Notes: generated by a model not told the origin, from the letters alone. Shown: positions 42,236-52,600, counted from the first letter of the stretch. The stretch is 64,000 nt of DNA from an uncultured Actinomycetes bacterium (GCA_963755025.1 CAVWIH010000014.1:1-64000), one strand, 5' to 3'. Made by a program: numbers and translations.

Positions 42236-43337
42236 GGGCCGCCCAGGCCGGCCCCGGCGGCGCCGCCCGGCGGGCCGCCTCGGCGTAAAGCGCGAGGGTC
42301 TGCTCGACCATGGCCGCGACTGAGAGCTCGGTGAGGATCACCGCGCGCCCGGCGGCGCCCATCGCGCAGCGTTCGTCGGGCCGCGCGCGCAGCCAGGCGA
42401 GGCGTTCGGCCAGAGCGTCGGGGTCGGCCGGCCGCACGATGAAGCCGGTGACCCCGTGCCGCACCAGCTCGGGGTTGCCGCCGCCGTCGCCGCAGACGAC
42501 CGGCAGGCCCAGCGCCATGTACTCCATGATCGAGTTGCTGAAGCCCTCGTTGGCCAGGGCGGGGTTGGTCATGAGCACGCCGATGTCGGCGTCGCGCACC
42601 AGACCGAGGACCTCGGACCCCGGCTCGGGGAACGCGACGACACCGCCGTCGACCAGGTCGTGCGCGGCGCCGCGCAGGCGCTCGCGGTCGGGCCCGTCGC
42701 CGACCAGCACAAAGCGCCAGCCGGCCGCGTCGCGGCTCAGCCGGCGGGCGGCGTCGAGCACGACGTCGTAGTGCTTGACCGGCGTCATGCGGCCGGTCAT
42801 GACCACGGTGCAGCACTCGGGGTCGGTCCGGCGCTCCAGGTCGAGCTGGGCCAGGCGCGTCTGGTCGAACCCGTTGTAGACCACGCGGCCCTTCGTGGGG
42901 CTCACTCTCCAGGCGCGCAACCCGGCGCGCGTGTTGGCGACGACGAGCGTGGCGCCGGCCAGGCCGAGGCGCTTGAGGCGGGTGTGGTCGAGGTCGACGG
43001 CGCCGCTGCGGATCATGCCGTTGACGAGCGGGATACCCAGCACCCGGCACAGGGGCGCCGCCGCCAGGCCCGCCATCCAGCTCCACGCGTGCACGACGTC
43101 GGGCCGCCACGAGCGCAGCACCGACAGCAACGCGCCGGCCGGCGCCGGATCGAAACGAAAGCGCCGCTGCCGCACGGTGACGTCGACGTCGCGGTCGCGC
43201 AGATACCCGGTGAAGGTACCGCCGTCCATGGCCCAGACCCGCGCCTCCCACTCCGGCGGCAGGCTCGTGGCGAGCAGCGCGAGCTGGCGCTCGAGCCCGC
43301 CGTTGACCAGCGTGTCGGCCAGCAGCAGGACCCTCAC
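42186..43337 (-). CDS. GT4 family glycosyltransferase
   Basis: GGLERQL, GRMTPVK, EGFSNSIMEYMALGLPVV. Confidence 0.9.
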   Translation of the reverse strand: MRVLLLADTLVNGGLERQLALLATSLPPEWEARVWAMDGGTFTGYLRDRDVDVTVRQRRFRFDPAPAGALLSVLRSWRPDVVHAWSWMAGLAAAPLCRVLGIPLVNGMIRSGAVDLDHTRLKRLGLAGATLVVANTRAGLRAWRVSPTKGRVVYNGFDQTRLAQLDLERRTDPECCTVVMTGRMTPVKHYDVVLDAARRLSRDAAGWRFVLVGDGPDRERLRGAAHDLVDGGVVAFPEPGSEVLGLVRDADIGVLMTNPALANEGFSNSIMEYMALGLPVVCGDGGGNPELVRHGVTGFIVRPADPDALAERLAWLRARPDERCAMGAAGRAVILTELSVAAMVEQTLALYAEAARRAAPPGPAWAALTTAPRCAPPPPTSPD

Positions 43338-44332
43338 AGGGGCTTCACTGCGAGGCGGCCGCCGGCAAGCAGCGCGTCGGCGATCGGGGTGAGCGTGGCG
43401 AACTCACCGCCCGCGCGGGTCACGAAGCCAAAGAACGAGTCGAGGCAGTCGAGCAGGTCACGCACCGACCGCGCGTCGGGGCGAAAGGGGCTCCCGCCGG
43501 GCATGAGCTCGCTGCTGTGGAACATCATGACGAGCGTGTCGAGCCCGAGGCGGGCGGCGCAGCGCCACAGGTCGGCGAGGTCGGCGGCGGTAAGGCGCGG
43601 GTCGGGGGTGAGCCACATGGGCTGAGGGCGCAGCCAGCGCGACAACAGCAGCTTGCGGGCGGCGCGCACCGGCAGGAGCTGGTAGGCGCCGAGCAGGGCG
43701 GGCGACCTGCGCAAGATGGTGTAGGTCGGGATGATGGTGACGGGGATCTCGACCAGCGGACGCTCGCCGGCGCCGAGCAGGAACGGGCGCGGCAGGTGTG
43801 CGCTGAAATCGGGCCCGCCCTCGCCGCCCAGGCCCGCGTGCTTGCGCCACGACCACAGCGGGGTCACCGACGAGTCGACCGTATAGCCGGCCGCGGCCAG
43901 GAACGCCGCGCTGCGGTCGTCGAAGCCGAACCGGCCCGCCCGGTACGACGTGGGGCGGCCGCCGAACGCGGCCACGAACTGCTCGGTCAGCGTGGCGATC
44001 TTGTCGCCCAGCAGGTCGCCGGGAAGCTGCGACGGAAAGGCGTGGTCGGGGTCGTTATAGCGCAGGCCCGGCCGGTCGACGAAGGGCGGCGTCGTCCAGG
44101 GGTGCAGGTGGGTGCCCACCTCGGCGGCGCCGCGCGACGCCCACGAGGTGAGCAGCTCGCGACCTTGGTCGTCGGCCATGATCTCGGTCGTGACGAGGTA
44201 GGTCGGAGCGGCGCCGTGGCGCTCGCAGAGTTCCTGGAACGGAGCCCAGAAGCCGACGTTGCGCGTGGTCAGCGGCGCACCGTGGTCCCACTGGCCGTCG
44301 GCTTCGGTGTCGATGGTGACGGCGAGTCTCAT
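43334..44332 (-). CDS. Polysaccharide deacetylase-like (CE4, WalW-type)
   Basis: VTIDTE, EVGTHLHPW, SYRAGRFG, VDSSVTP, VEIPVT, MMFHSSE. Confidence 0.85.
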   Translation of the reverse strand: MRLAVTIDTEADGQWDHGAPLTTRNVGFWAPFQELCERHGAAPTYLVTTEIMADDQGRELLTSWASRGAAEVGTHLHPWTTPPFVDRPGLRYNDPDHAFPSQLPGDLLGDKIATLTEQFVAAFGGRPTSYRAGRFGFDDRSAAFLAAAGYTVDSSVTPLWSWRKHAGLGGEGGPDFSAHLPRPFLLGAGERPLVEIPVTIIPTYTILRRSPALLGAYQLLPVRAARKLLLSRWLRPQPMWLTPDPRLTAADLADLWRCAARLGLDTLVMMFHSSELMPGGSPFRPDARSVRDLLDCLDSFFGFVTRAGGEFATLTPIADALLAGGRLAVKPL

Positions 44333-45570
44333 CGCGACCGATCGTCGGCTCGAAGACGCACGAGAGCCTCCACCCGGCGCTCGGCGTTCGCCAGAGCGCA
44401 GACCGCAGGCGAGCAGACCTTCTCGTGGATCGCCAGCGACCTGGTCAAGTGGTCAAGCGAGGCGAAGCCCCGTTTGAACTGGTTGATGCCCCACAGCGAG
44501 TCGCCGGGTCGCGCCATCATGGAGTAACCGACGAGGTCGAACGTCGTGCAGCCGTGCAGCCGCGCCCAGCGCATGGCCTCGTAGACAAGCAGGTGGCTGG
44601 CCGGAAGCTTGTCGTGATGGTGCGACGAGGGGATGACCGGCAGGTAGGCGGTCGAGCCGTGGACGATCACGAGAGCGGCCGCCAGCGGCTCGCCGTCGTG
44701 GCGCGCGACGAGCACGGTGCCACCGGACCCATCGATCCTGCCCGCCATCCAGGCGGCTTCGATGCGCGCCAGCGTCGCTTCGTCGAGCTCGGGCACCGGC
44801 GCCCTGCGCCGGAGCTCCGCCTGCAGGCTCGAGAGCGTCGACCAGCCTGACGGTGTGTCTTCGACGCGCACCTCTATGCCGTGGCGCTGCGATTGACGGA
44901 TGGCGCGCCGGGTCTCGGCCCGAAACGAAGCGAGGACATCGTCGTCGTCGTGCCCGATGTCGACCAGCAGCGTCGCCCAGCCGCCCATGGCCCGGCGCCG
45001 CGCGAAGCCCTGGCGCTCGAGGATGGTCTCGGCGTCGTCGCCGCCGGCGTCGAGGCGCATGGCGGGTTGGACCCGCAGCCGGGCCGCCTCGCGACCGAGC
45101 CGCCCGCCGAGCCACGACAGCCAGTCGTCGAGGACGGCGCTGTCGAGGACCAGCGGACCCCGGTTGAACTCCCAGAAGACGCGGCCGGGGAGAGGCAAGT
45201 GACGCCGCACGCCGAGCGCCGTCAGGCAGATGACGCCGTCGCGCTCGGCCCAGAAGAAGAAGGGCTGCCGCGCCGTCGAGCCGCTGCCGCAGCGCTCGAC
45301 CTCGGCCCACGCCGGATCCTGGTGATAGCTGGCCCAGGGCACGCCGTGGGCGAACTCACGCCAGCGCAAGGGCTGCTCGCCATCGAGTCGCGGCGCGGCG
45401 AAGTACCGCAGTCCGGCCGCCGGGCTCGCCGCCGGGCTCGCCGGGGCCGCAGTCGAGGCCGCCGGGACCATGATCGAGGTCGCCGTCGGGCTCTCCGAAC
45501 TCCCCGACGACCGCGCGGCGCCTTCGACCCTATGCAGCGGACTGTTGACCCTCGCCCCCGTCATCGTCAT
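44329..45570 (-). CDS. FemABX-like (double-GNAT) aminoacyl transferase
   Basis: YHQDPAW, RGPLV, TLLVDI, TRRAIRQS, HLLVYEAMRWA, FDLVG, GINQFKRGF; start uncertain. Confidence 0.8.
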   Translation of the reverse strand: MTMTGARVNSPLHRVEGAARSSGSSESPTATSIMVPAASTAAPASPAASPAAGLRYFAAPRLDGEQPLRWREFAHGVPWASYHQDPAWAEVERCGSGSTARQPFFFWAERDGVICLTALGVRRHLPLPGRVFWEFNRGPLVLDSAVLDDWLSWLGGRLGREAARLRVQPAMRLDAGGDDAETILERQGFARRRAMGGWATLLVDIGHDDDDVLASFRAETRRAIRQSQRHGIEVRVEDTPSGWSTLSSLQAELRRRAPVPELDEATLARIEAAWMAGRIDGSGGTVLVARHDGEPLAAALVIVHGSTAYLPVIPSSHHHDKLPASHLLVYEAMRWARLHGCTTFDLVGYSMMARPGDSLWGINQFKRGFASLDHLTRSLAIHEKVCSPAVCALANAERRVEALVRLRADDRSR

Positions 45571-45779
45571 TACCCCGTCGGCGCGGCCGTCGCTCGCTCA
45601 AGTGCTCGCGACCCCTGCCTTGAGCCGGCGAACGCGCTCGCCCATAGTTTATTCCATCGACGACGTCAAACTGGCGTGACGAGCGTTTGCCGGTGAAAGA
45701 ATGGAGCCGCTCACCGGCGCCCGACCGCCGTTGTCCTTTCTGCCGGACTGACCGTCCAGCAGGTCTCCAGAGGGGTCAC

Positions 45780-47998
45780 ATGCCACACCTGAGCGTCTCG
45801 ACGGTCGTACCCACGTACAACCGCGCGCGCCTGCTCGAGCGCGCGCTGCGCTCGGCGCTCGCCGAGTGCCGGCCCGGCGACGAGATCATCGTCGTCGACG
45901 ACGGCTCGAGCGACGACACCGAGGCCGTCGTGCGCGACCTCGGGCCGGCGCTGCGCTACCTGCGCACGCCTCACCTCGGCGCCGGGGCGGCGCGCAACGC
46001 GGGTGTGGAGGCCGCGACCGGCGACCTGGTCGCCTTTCTCGACTCCGACGACGAATGGGCGCCGGGCAAGCTCGCCTGGCAGCGCGCCGTCATGGAGCAG
46101 TTCCCCGACGTCCTCTATCTGTTCAGTGACTTCGGCGGCGTCGACTGGACGGGCGAGCGGCAGCACGAGCGCATCTCGTCGTGGCGTGGCGACCAGCGCC
46201 CCTGGACCGAGGTCCTGGGCCCGGCGGTCTCCTCGACGACGATCGCCGGCCTGCCGCCCGGTGCGCCGCAGTTCGACCTGCACGTCGGTGACTTCTACGA
46301 CGCCTACCTGCGCGACTGGTGCGTGTACACCTGCACGGTGGTCGTGCGCCGCGAACAGGCCGCGGCGGCGTTGCGCTTTGCCGAAGACCTTCCGACCTAC
46401 GAAGACGTCGAGTGTTTCGCGCGGCTCGCGAGGCACGGTCTGGCCGGCTACATGACGTGCGAGACCGCCTGGCAGCATGGCCACACAGGGACGCGTCTGA
46501 CCGACGCCGACCCCGCCACCCGAGCCGACGCCGCGGTCACGATCGTGCGCCGCGTCTGGGGGGCCGATCCTCGAGTTTCTCGGCCGTGCGGGCAAGCGGC
46601 GCGAGCTCGAGGCGGTCATCGACGAGCACCGCGCCCGCAAGGCGCGCGCCCTCCTCGCGGCCGGCCAGGCCGAGCAGGCTCGCCTCGAGCTCGCTCGCTG
46701 CTTTGGCTTTCCCTGGTCGCTGTACCTCCTCACCCTTCTGCCCGTCAGCGTGACGCGCCTCGGCGTGACGGGTGTGCGCCTGGCGCGAGCGTTGCAAGCT
46801 CACGGCGCGCCGGCTTCTCTGCCGGACGGCTGGAGCATCGTCGAGCACCGTGGCAGCGAGGCGTTCGCGAAGCTGCAGGCCGACTGGGACCGTCTCTGCG
46901 ACGCCATGCCGCAACGCACCGCCTTTCAGGCTCGCGAAGCGCAGCGTGCCTATGCCGAACTGCTCATGGATGCGCCCGACCGCTTGCGTTGCCTCGTGCT
47001 GCACGACGGCGACACCGTGCGGGCCATCTGTCCGCTCGAGGCACGGACCGACGACGTCCTGGGGCCCAGGCTCGCCGTCTGGGGCGTGCCCTGGCACCCT
47101 CACCTGCTGGTGTCCGACGTGGTCTGCCCCGAAGACGACGCTCGCGGGGTGCTGATCCCCGCGCTCGCCGAGTACCTGCGACGCGAACCGCGCGGCGGGC
47201 GCTTCGCGGTCCTCGGTCCATTGCCGGCTGCGTCGGCGCTGTGGGACGGGCTGCGCGGGCTCGGCCCCCTCGGCTACTGCCTGCAGAACGCCGAGCCCTG
47301 CGACATCTTCGACTGCGCACGACCGTTCGACGAGCTCATGGCGCGGCTCTCCAAGCACTTCCGCCGCAACCTGCGCGCCCACCGCAAGAAGCTCGAGTCG
47401 TTTGCCGACGTGCGCTTCGTGACCGCCACGGGCGACGACCTGGCCGCGGCGTTCGAGACCTTCGTCGCCGTCGAGGCCTCGGGCTGGAAGGGCGCGTCGG
47501 GCGTGGGCAGCGCGATCGCGCTGCACCCGGACCTGCTCGCGTTCTATCGTCGCCTCGCCGCGAGCACCCGTGATCGCTGCGAGATCGAACTCGCTCGTCG
47601 CCGACGGCCGCTGCCTCGCCACCCAGTTCTGCATGGTCAGCGGCGAACAGTACTCCATCCTGAAGATCGCCTACGACGAGGACTACGCTCGCATCGCTCC
47701 CGGGCTCCTGCTGCTCGAGACAACGCTCGAACGGTGCTGCGCCGATCCCGCCATCAGCCGCATGAGCCTGGTGACCGACGGCGCCTGGCAGCGCGACTGG
47801 CGCCCCGACGTGATCGCCATGCAGCGCGCCTACCTGGGGCTCGGCCGCTGGTCGGCAAGGCCACTGGCCGCGTTGCTCAGCCTGCGGTTCGGACCCGAGC
47901 CCCGGCTCGTGGTCTGGGCGCGCGAGCGCCGGGCCAGGAACCGCAGCAAACGCTGCAGGTTGCTTCACGTCTCGGGTAGATATGCCGACTACTCGTAG
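45780..47998 (+). CDS. GT2 glycosyltransferase fused to a CelD/BcsL-like GNAT (Acetyltransf_6) domain (frameshifts near 46570 and 47590)
   Basis: VVPTYNR, VDDGSSD, FLDSDD; then LQADWDRL, LSKHFRRNLR, EASGWKG, KIAYDEDYARIAPGLLL. Confidence 0.7.
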
Positions 47999-48129
47999 GC
48001 GACCCGCGACCGCGAGGCGGTCACGGGTCGGCCGACGGCCTACACGCCCGTGAAGACGCTGGCCGCGTCGTCGTCCGGACCTTGTCCGGTCAGACCGGCC
48101 AGGCGACCTTCGCCCTACAAGGAGGAGCA

Positions 48130-49089
48130 GTGTCACAGGACCGAGTACTCGTCACCGGCGGAGCCGGTTTCATCGGGTCTAACATCGTCGACGCCCTGCT
48201 GGCCGACGGCTCGTACACGGTGAGGGTGCTCGACAGCTTCGCCACCGGGCACCGCGGCAACCTCGCGCACTGCCTCTCCGACATCGAGCTGGTCGAGGGC
48301 GACATGCGCGACGTCGAGACCGTCGAAGAGGCGGTCGACGGCGTGCAGCTCATCCTGCACGAGGCGGCGCTGCCGTCGGTGAGCCGTTCGGTCAAGGCCC
48401 CGGTCACCACGAACGCCGTCAACGTCGAAGGCACGCTCAAGCTCCTGAGCGCCGCGCGGCGGGCGGGCGTCAAACGGGTGGTGCTGGCGTCGTCGTCGTC
48501 GGTCTACGGCGACGGCCACGAGCTGCCCAAGTCCGAAGAGATGCCGCCGCGCCCCATGTCGCCCTATGCGGTCACCAAGCTGGCCGCCGAGAACTTCTGT
48601 CGCGTGTTCTCAGAGATCTACGGCCTCGAGACGCTCGCCTTGCGCTACTTCAACGTCTTCGGCCCGCGCCAGGACCCCACGTCGCAGTACTCGGGAGTGA
48701 TCGCCCGCTTCGCCACCTGTGCCCTGAAGAACATCCCCTATCGCGTCTACGGCGACGGCCTGCAGTCGCGCGACTTCTCGTTCATCGACAACATCGTCCA
48801 CGCCAACCTGCTCGCCCTGCGCGCCCCGCGCGTCACCGGCGAGGTGGTCAACGTGGCCTGTGGCGAGCGCATCACGCTGCTCGACATGATCGCCATCCTG
48901 AACTCGCTGGTCGGTCGCGAGATCGCGGTCGAGTTCGTGCCGCCGCGCCCCGGCGAGGTGCGCCACTCCCAGGCGGCCATCGGCCGGGCGGCCGAGCTGC
49001 TCGACTACCGCCCCGTCGTCGACTTTCGCGAGGGCCTGGCGCGCACGTTCGCCTGGTACCGCGAGCAGGAAACGGTGCCAGTGGTCTAA
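48130..49089 (+). CDS. UDP-sugar 4-epimerase (WbpP/GalE-like extended SDR)
   Basis: VTGGAGFIGS, ASSSSVYG, SPYAVTK, LRYFNVFGPRQDP; GGAGG RBS. Confidence 0.92.
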   Translation: MSQDRVLVTGGAGFIGSNIVDALLADGSYTVRVLDSFATGHRGNLAHCLSDIELVEGDMRDVETVEEAVDGVQLILHEAALPSVSRSVKAPVTTNAVNVEGTLKLLSAARRAGVKRVVLASSSSVYGDGHELPKSEEMPPRPMSPYAVTKLAAENFCRVFSEIYGLETLALRYFNVFGPRQDPTSQYSGVIARFATCALKNIPYRVYGDGLQSRDFSFIDNIVHANLLALRAPRVTGEVVNVACGERITLLDMIAILNSLVGREIAVEFVPPRPGEVRHSQAAIGRAAELLDYRPVVDFREGLARTFAWYREQETVPVV

Positions 49090-49094
49090 CGACG

Positions 49095-49138
49095 GCGACG
49101 GCCGGGGGCGGCGCCATGCGCCGCCCCCCGGCCGTCGC
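49095..49138. terminator. Long GC hairpin between convergent genes
   Basis: GCGACGGCCGGGGGCGGCGC-CAT-GCGCCGCCCCCCGGCCGTCGC. Confidence 0.6.
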
Positions 49139-49191
49139 TCCCGGCCGCGGCGCGCGAGCGCGCCCCAGCCGTGGCTACCGGTCGGCCGGAG

Positions 49192-50116
49192 TTACTTGCG
49201 GACCGGCATCTTGTTGTTCGCGCAGGTGCCGTTCGGGCGACCACATGGCGCGGCCCGCCGGCGTCTTGCCGGTGAGGCTGCTCTTCGACAGGTTGTTGTT
49301 GGAGCTGTCGGTCCAGTAGCCGGCGTTCCAGGCCTGGCCCAGCGTGAAGTGGCAGCCCGTGAAGACGGCGCCGTTGACGCTCTGCAGCTCGGTCAGGCGC
49401 GCAGTCGAGGAGTCGGTCGCGACGCTCTCGTAGCGCTTGGCATAGTCGATCGTGACGTTACGGAACACGAGGTGGCCGTTGCCGCTGGGGCCCTCGAGGT
49501 TCAGGGCGTTCTTGCGGCAGGCGTAGATCTTTGTGTTCTGCACGGTGAAGTGCGTGGGACCGTTGATCTCGATGGCGCCGGACCAGGCAGGGTTGGTCTG
49601 GTTGTCGGAACCCATGATGGTCACGCCCGAGATGAGGTCGGACGACGCGAAGTAGCCACCGTCGTACGACATGGCCTCTTCTGCCGAAGGCTCGATGACC
49701 GTGTCGATCACCTTGATGTGCTTGGGACCGACGCTGTTCGAAGCCGGCCGCTGCGTGACCTCGATGCCCATGCGGCCCGCGCTCAGGATGCGGCAGTGGG
49801 TGAAGGTGATGTCGTGGATGTTACCGTTCGTCGCGTTGATCGTGATGCCGTTGTAGGGCCCGCGGTCGATCGTGCAGTGCGTGAAGGTGATGTTGCGGGC
49901 GGCGTGGTTGATGGTGAGCACGGCGGTGCTGCTGTTGCCGCCCTTGAACGTGACGTGGTCGTACACCCGGTTGTGGGCGCCGGACGGCACGTTGTAGGTC
50001 GTGAAGGTCTTGTTCTTGATGGTGGTCGCGTGGGCGGTAGCCGGATTGAGTGCGACGGCCAGCAGGGCGCTCACGAGAAGGGCGAGGACCGCTATGGCCA
50101 CGATGCTGCGTTTCAT
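49192..50116 (-). CDS. Secreted right-handed beta-helix protein, paralog of 31413-32939 (frameshift near 49236)
   Basis: Signal MKRSIVAIAVLALL...AHA-T; near-identical blocks with the paralog; corrected end NNKMPVRK* matches the paralog's SNKMPTQE*. Confidence 0.8.
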
Positions 50117-50384
50117 CCAGAACTCCGTTTCCTTGCCACTCGAAGGTCGGCGGCGACCCTGAGGGTCGCGGTGGAGGCCGTCCTTCCTTGCCGTGTCGCG
50201 CCTTTCTGTTCGCGACCTCGGCTCCTCCCGGGCGGCAGGAGCTGCGCACCCCTCGCCCGGCTCGTCAGATGGACCGACGCCTCGCCGCCTGCGCAGCAAG
50301 CGAGCGTCGGATCCGGCGGTCTCGAGACATGCCGAGACCACGCCGAAGCGGCCGCGAACGACCGTCGGCGACTGCCGTCTGGGA

Positions 50385-50495
50385 TCAGCGAACGAAGGGG
50401 GTCACCGCGCGGTCATCTCGAACGAGGAGTGAGATGGGGCGGTAGGGGGTATAGAGGTCGTGCAAGTGGGCCGGGGCCAATCGTCTACGGTGCAT
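50385..50495 (-). CDS. Candidate 36-aa leader/small peptide
   Basis: AAAGGAGG 6 nt before ATG; MHRRRLAPAHLHDLYTPYRPISLLVRDDRAVTPFVR*. Confidence 0.4.
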   Translation of the reverse strand: MHRRRLAPAHLHDLYTPYRPISLLVRDDRAVTPFVR

Positions 50496-50606
50496 GACCT
50501 GCCTCCTTTCGGAAGTCTGGCGGACCTCCTTGGGTGGGCGCCGTCAATAAGCGCGCCGTTCGTTTTTGGTCGGTTCTTCGCGTTGCCTAGCCAGTAAACG
50601 TTGGGA

Positions 50607-50635
50607 ACCATACCGGCCCACTGCGTATGGGTCAA
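50607..50635 (-). promoter_or_regulatory. Sigma70-type promoter ~490 nt upstream of the beta-helix gene
   Basis: TTGACC-17 nt-TATGGT. Confidence 0.6.
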
Positions 50636-50802
50636 CCATCCCTCCCGCTAGTACCAAAATCGTCGGATTGCAGGTAATTTCGTAGTTTGTGCTGCAATTC
50701 ACGAATAGCCGCGCGAGGCCCGTCGCGCTCCCCGGCGGCCTTCGATTTTCCTTCCGTACTACTCCGCAGCTACCCACCGCACAGCCCCCACCGACGCCAA
50801 GT

Positions 50803-50935
50803 CCGGGGGCGCTCTCAACGGCTGCCACCGGCGGCCCGGGGGCGCTCGCAGTGGCTGCCACCGGCGATCAGCGGCCGCCTTCTCAACGGTTGCCACCGGC
50901 GATCCGGGTGCGTTTGCAACGGCTACGACCGGGGG
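50803..50935. repeat. Four degenerate ~33-bp tandem repeats
   Basis: CCGGGGGCGCTCTCAACGGCTGCCACCGGCGGC / CCGGGGGCGCTCGCAGTGGCTGCCACCGGCGAT / CAGCGGCCGCCTTCTCAACGGTTGCCACCGGCGAT / CCGGGTGCGTTTGCAACGGCTACGACCGGGG. Confidence 0.75.
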
Positions 50936-51048
50936 GTTCGCGGTAGACTCTCGCGGCGACCGCCGGTCGTGGCCTTGGGTCGCCGGCGACCCCGCGCGAA
51001 CGCCCGAGCCGATGCTGCTCGGGGAGATGCCAGACGAACGCGAGGCCG

Positions 51049-52515
51049 GTGAGCGAGACGCGATCCCCAGAGGCCGACGGTGCGGGAGCCGGGCGCGGGC
51101 ACGACCCGTCGTCGCCCGCGGGCGCGGCGCCCGGTCGGTCGCGGCGCGCGCGCCGCACGCGCCGACTGGTCGTGCTCGCCGTCGTCGCCGCCGTGCTTGC
51201 GGGCGCGGCGATCGCGACCGTGGTGCTCACCCACAGCGGCGGGGTGCCCGCGGGAGCCGTCTCAGTGGCCGCCTACGGCGCCCGGGGCGACGGCGCGACA
51301 GACGACACCAAAGCGATCGACAGGGCGCTCAGCGCCGCCACAGCGGCCCACAAGGCGCTGTACTTTCCGGCGGGCACTTACAAAGTCGGCGCCCTCGCCG
51401 TGCCGCGCGGCGCCGACCTCGTGGGCGCCGGCGCCCGCAGCTGGCTGTCGGGCCGCCTCGAGATCGCCGGGGACAGCCGCCTGCGCGACATGGAGCTGGG
51501 CGTCAAAGGCGCCGCCCTGCACTTCGTCGACGGCGCCTCGCACACGACCTTCGAGCAAGTCACCTTCACGGGTGGCGGCGCCATGAGCGGCGACGGCTGC
51601 GTGGTGTCGTTCGAGTCGGGGCGCGCCGCGTCGTACCTCACCTTTCGCGACTGCACGATCGAGGCGAACCCGTTCGACGGCAACGGCGTGAGCCTGAACA
51701 GCCTGGGTTGGAGCGGCGCCACCTATCACGACATCGTCTGGCAGCGCTGCCACTTCATGGGCTCGCCGCGCATGGACCTGGAGTGCACGCAGCGCTTCGA
51801 CGGCGTGCACGCGATCACCGCCGGTTACCACACCATCACGGTCAACGACTGCCTCTTTGAGCCCTCAGGTTCCGAGGCGATCTCGTTCGACGCGACCGGC
51901 AGGGGCGGCCTCTCGACGATCTCGGGTTGCACCATCAAGGGGGCCGGCTGGAACAGCGCCTACCCCTGGCAGGAGGGAGTCGAGTTCAACCACGCCGTCG
52001 GCATGCGGTTCGTCGACAACACCGTCTACCGCTGCCGGGGGGCGATGATCAACTACGGCTCCGACCAGAGCGTCGCGGTCGACAACGTGCTCTCCGGCAA
52101 CCGCTTCGACGCCACCAGGACGTTCATCTCGGTGTCGCCGCCCTCGACCTCGGCGATCATCTACTTCTCTGGTGTCAACGGGGCGCAGTTCACGGACAAC
52201 CTGGTGAAGAGCGACGTCGGCGGCCAACTGCTCTACCTGAGCGCCTCGCCGAACAACCACTTCACCAACGACCGCTTCATCGACACGCGCAGCGGCTACA
52301 ACGCCCACCAGTGCGCCTGGCTCACGAGCGGCTCGTCGGGCAACACCTTCAGCGCCGATCTCTTTCAGTCGCCGCTGCCCACCGGCCTGCTGCACGTCGA
52401 GGCGGGCGCGACGGGCACCACGGTGCGCGACAGCACCTTCGTGACCTTCGGAGCGCCGGTGCTCGACACGCCGCCCGGCGTGACGGTCACCCTCGTGAAC
52501 AACACGCGGCGCTAG
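51049..52515 (+). CDS. Membrane-anchored beta-helix protein (Pectate_lyase_3-type N-terminus)
   Basis: Basic N-terminus plus TM helix; SVAAYGARGDGATDDTKAI, LYFPAGTY; shares RMxxECTQR and EPSxxEAxSFD with the two paralogs. Confidence 0.8.
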   Translation: MSETRSPEADGAGAGRGHDPSSPAGAAPGRSRRARRTRRLVVLAVVAAVLAGAAIATVVLTHSGGVPAGAVSVAAYGARGDGATDDTKAIDRALSAATAAHKALYFPAGTYKVGALAVPRGADLVGAGARSWLSGRLEIAGDSRLRDMELGVKGAALHFVDGASHTTFEQVTFTGGGAMSGDGCVVSFESGRAASYLTFRDCTIEANPFDGNGVSLNSLGWSGATYHDIVWQRCHFMGSPRMDLECTQRFDGVHAITAGYHTITVNDCLFEPSGSEAISFDATGRGGLSTISGCTIKGAGWNSAYPWQEGVEFNHAVGMRFVDNTVYRCRGAMINYGSDQSVAVDNVLSGNRFDATRTFISVSPPSTSAIIYFSGVNGAQFTDNLVKSDVGGQLLYLSASPNNHFTNDRFIDTRSGYNAHQCAWLTSGSSGNTFSADLFQSPLPTGLLHVEAGATGTTVRDSTFVTFGAPVLDTPPGVTVTLVNNTRR

Positions 52516-52529
52516 GGGAATGGCGCCGG

Positions 52530-52600
52530 CGGCAGCCGGCGGCCTAGTAGGCGCCGCGCTTGTCGGCGGCTGCCGGCGGCTTAGTAGGCGCCGCGCTTGC
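52530..52600. repeat. Duplicated 3' end of the priming glycosyltransferase gene
   Basis: GCCGGCGGC(C/T)TAGTAGGCGCCGCGCTTG occurs twice, 36 bp apart. Confidence 0.7.

Noticed and set aside
50385-50495. Lasso peptide precursor for the truncated AsnB-like enzyme
   Set aside because: No typical Thr-x/Gly-start core, no RRE or B2 peptidase gene, and 24 kb distant.
50495-50530. c-di-GMP-I riboswitch
   Set aside because: A GAAA-capped hairpin is present, but the flanking GCAAAC...GACGCAAAG pattern is not.
50803-50935. CRISPR array
   Set aside because: Contiguous degenerate units, no unique spacers, no cas genes in the window.
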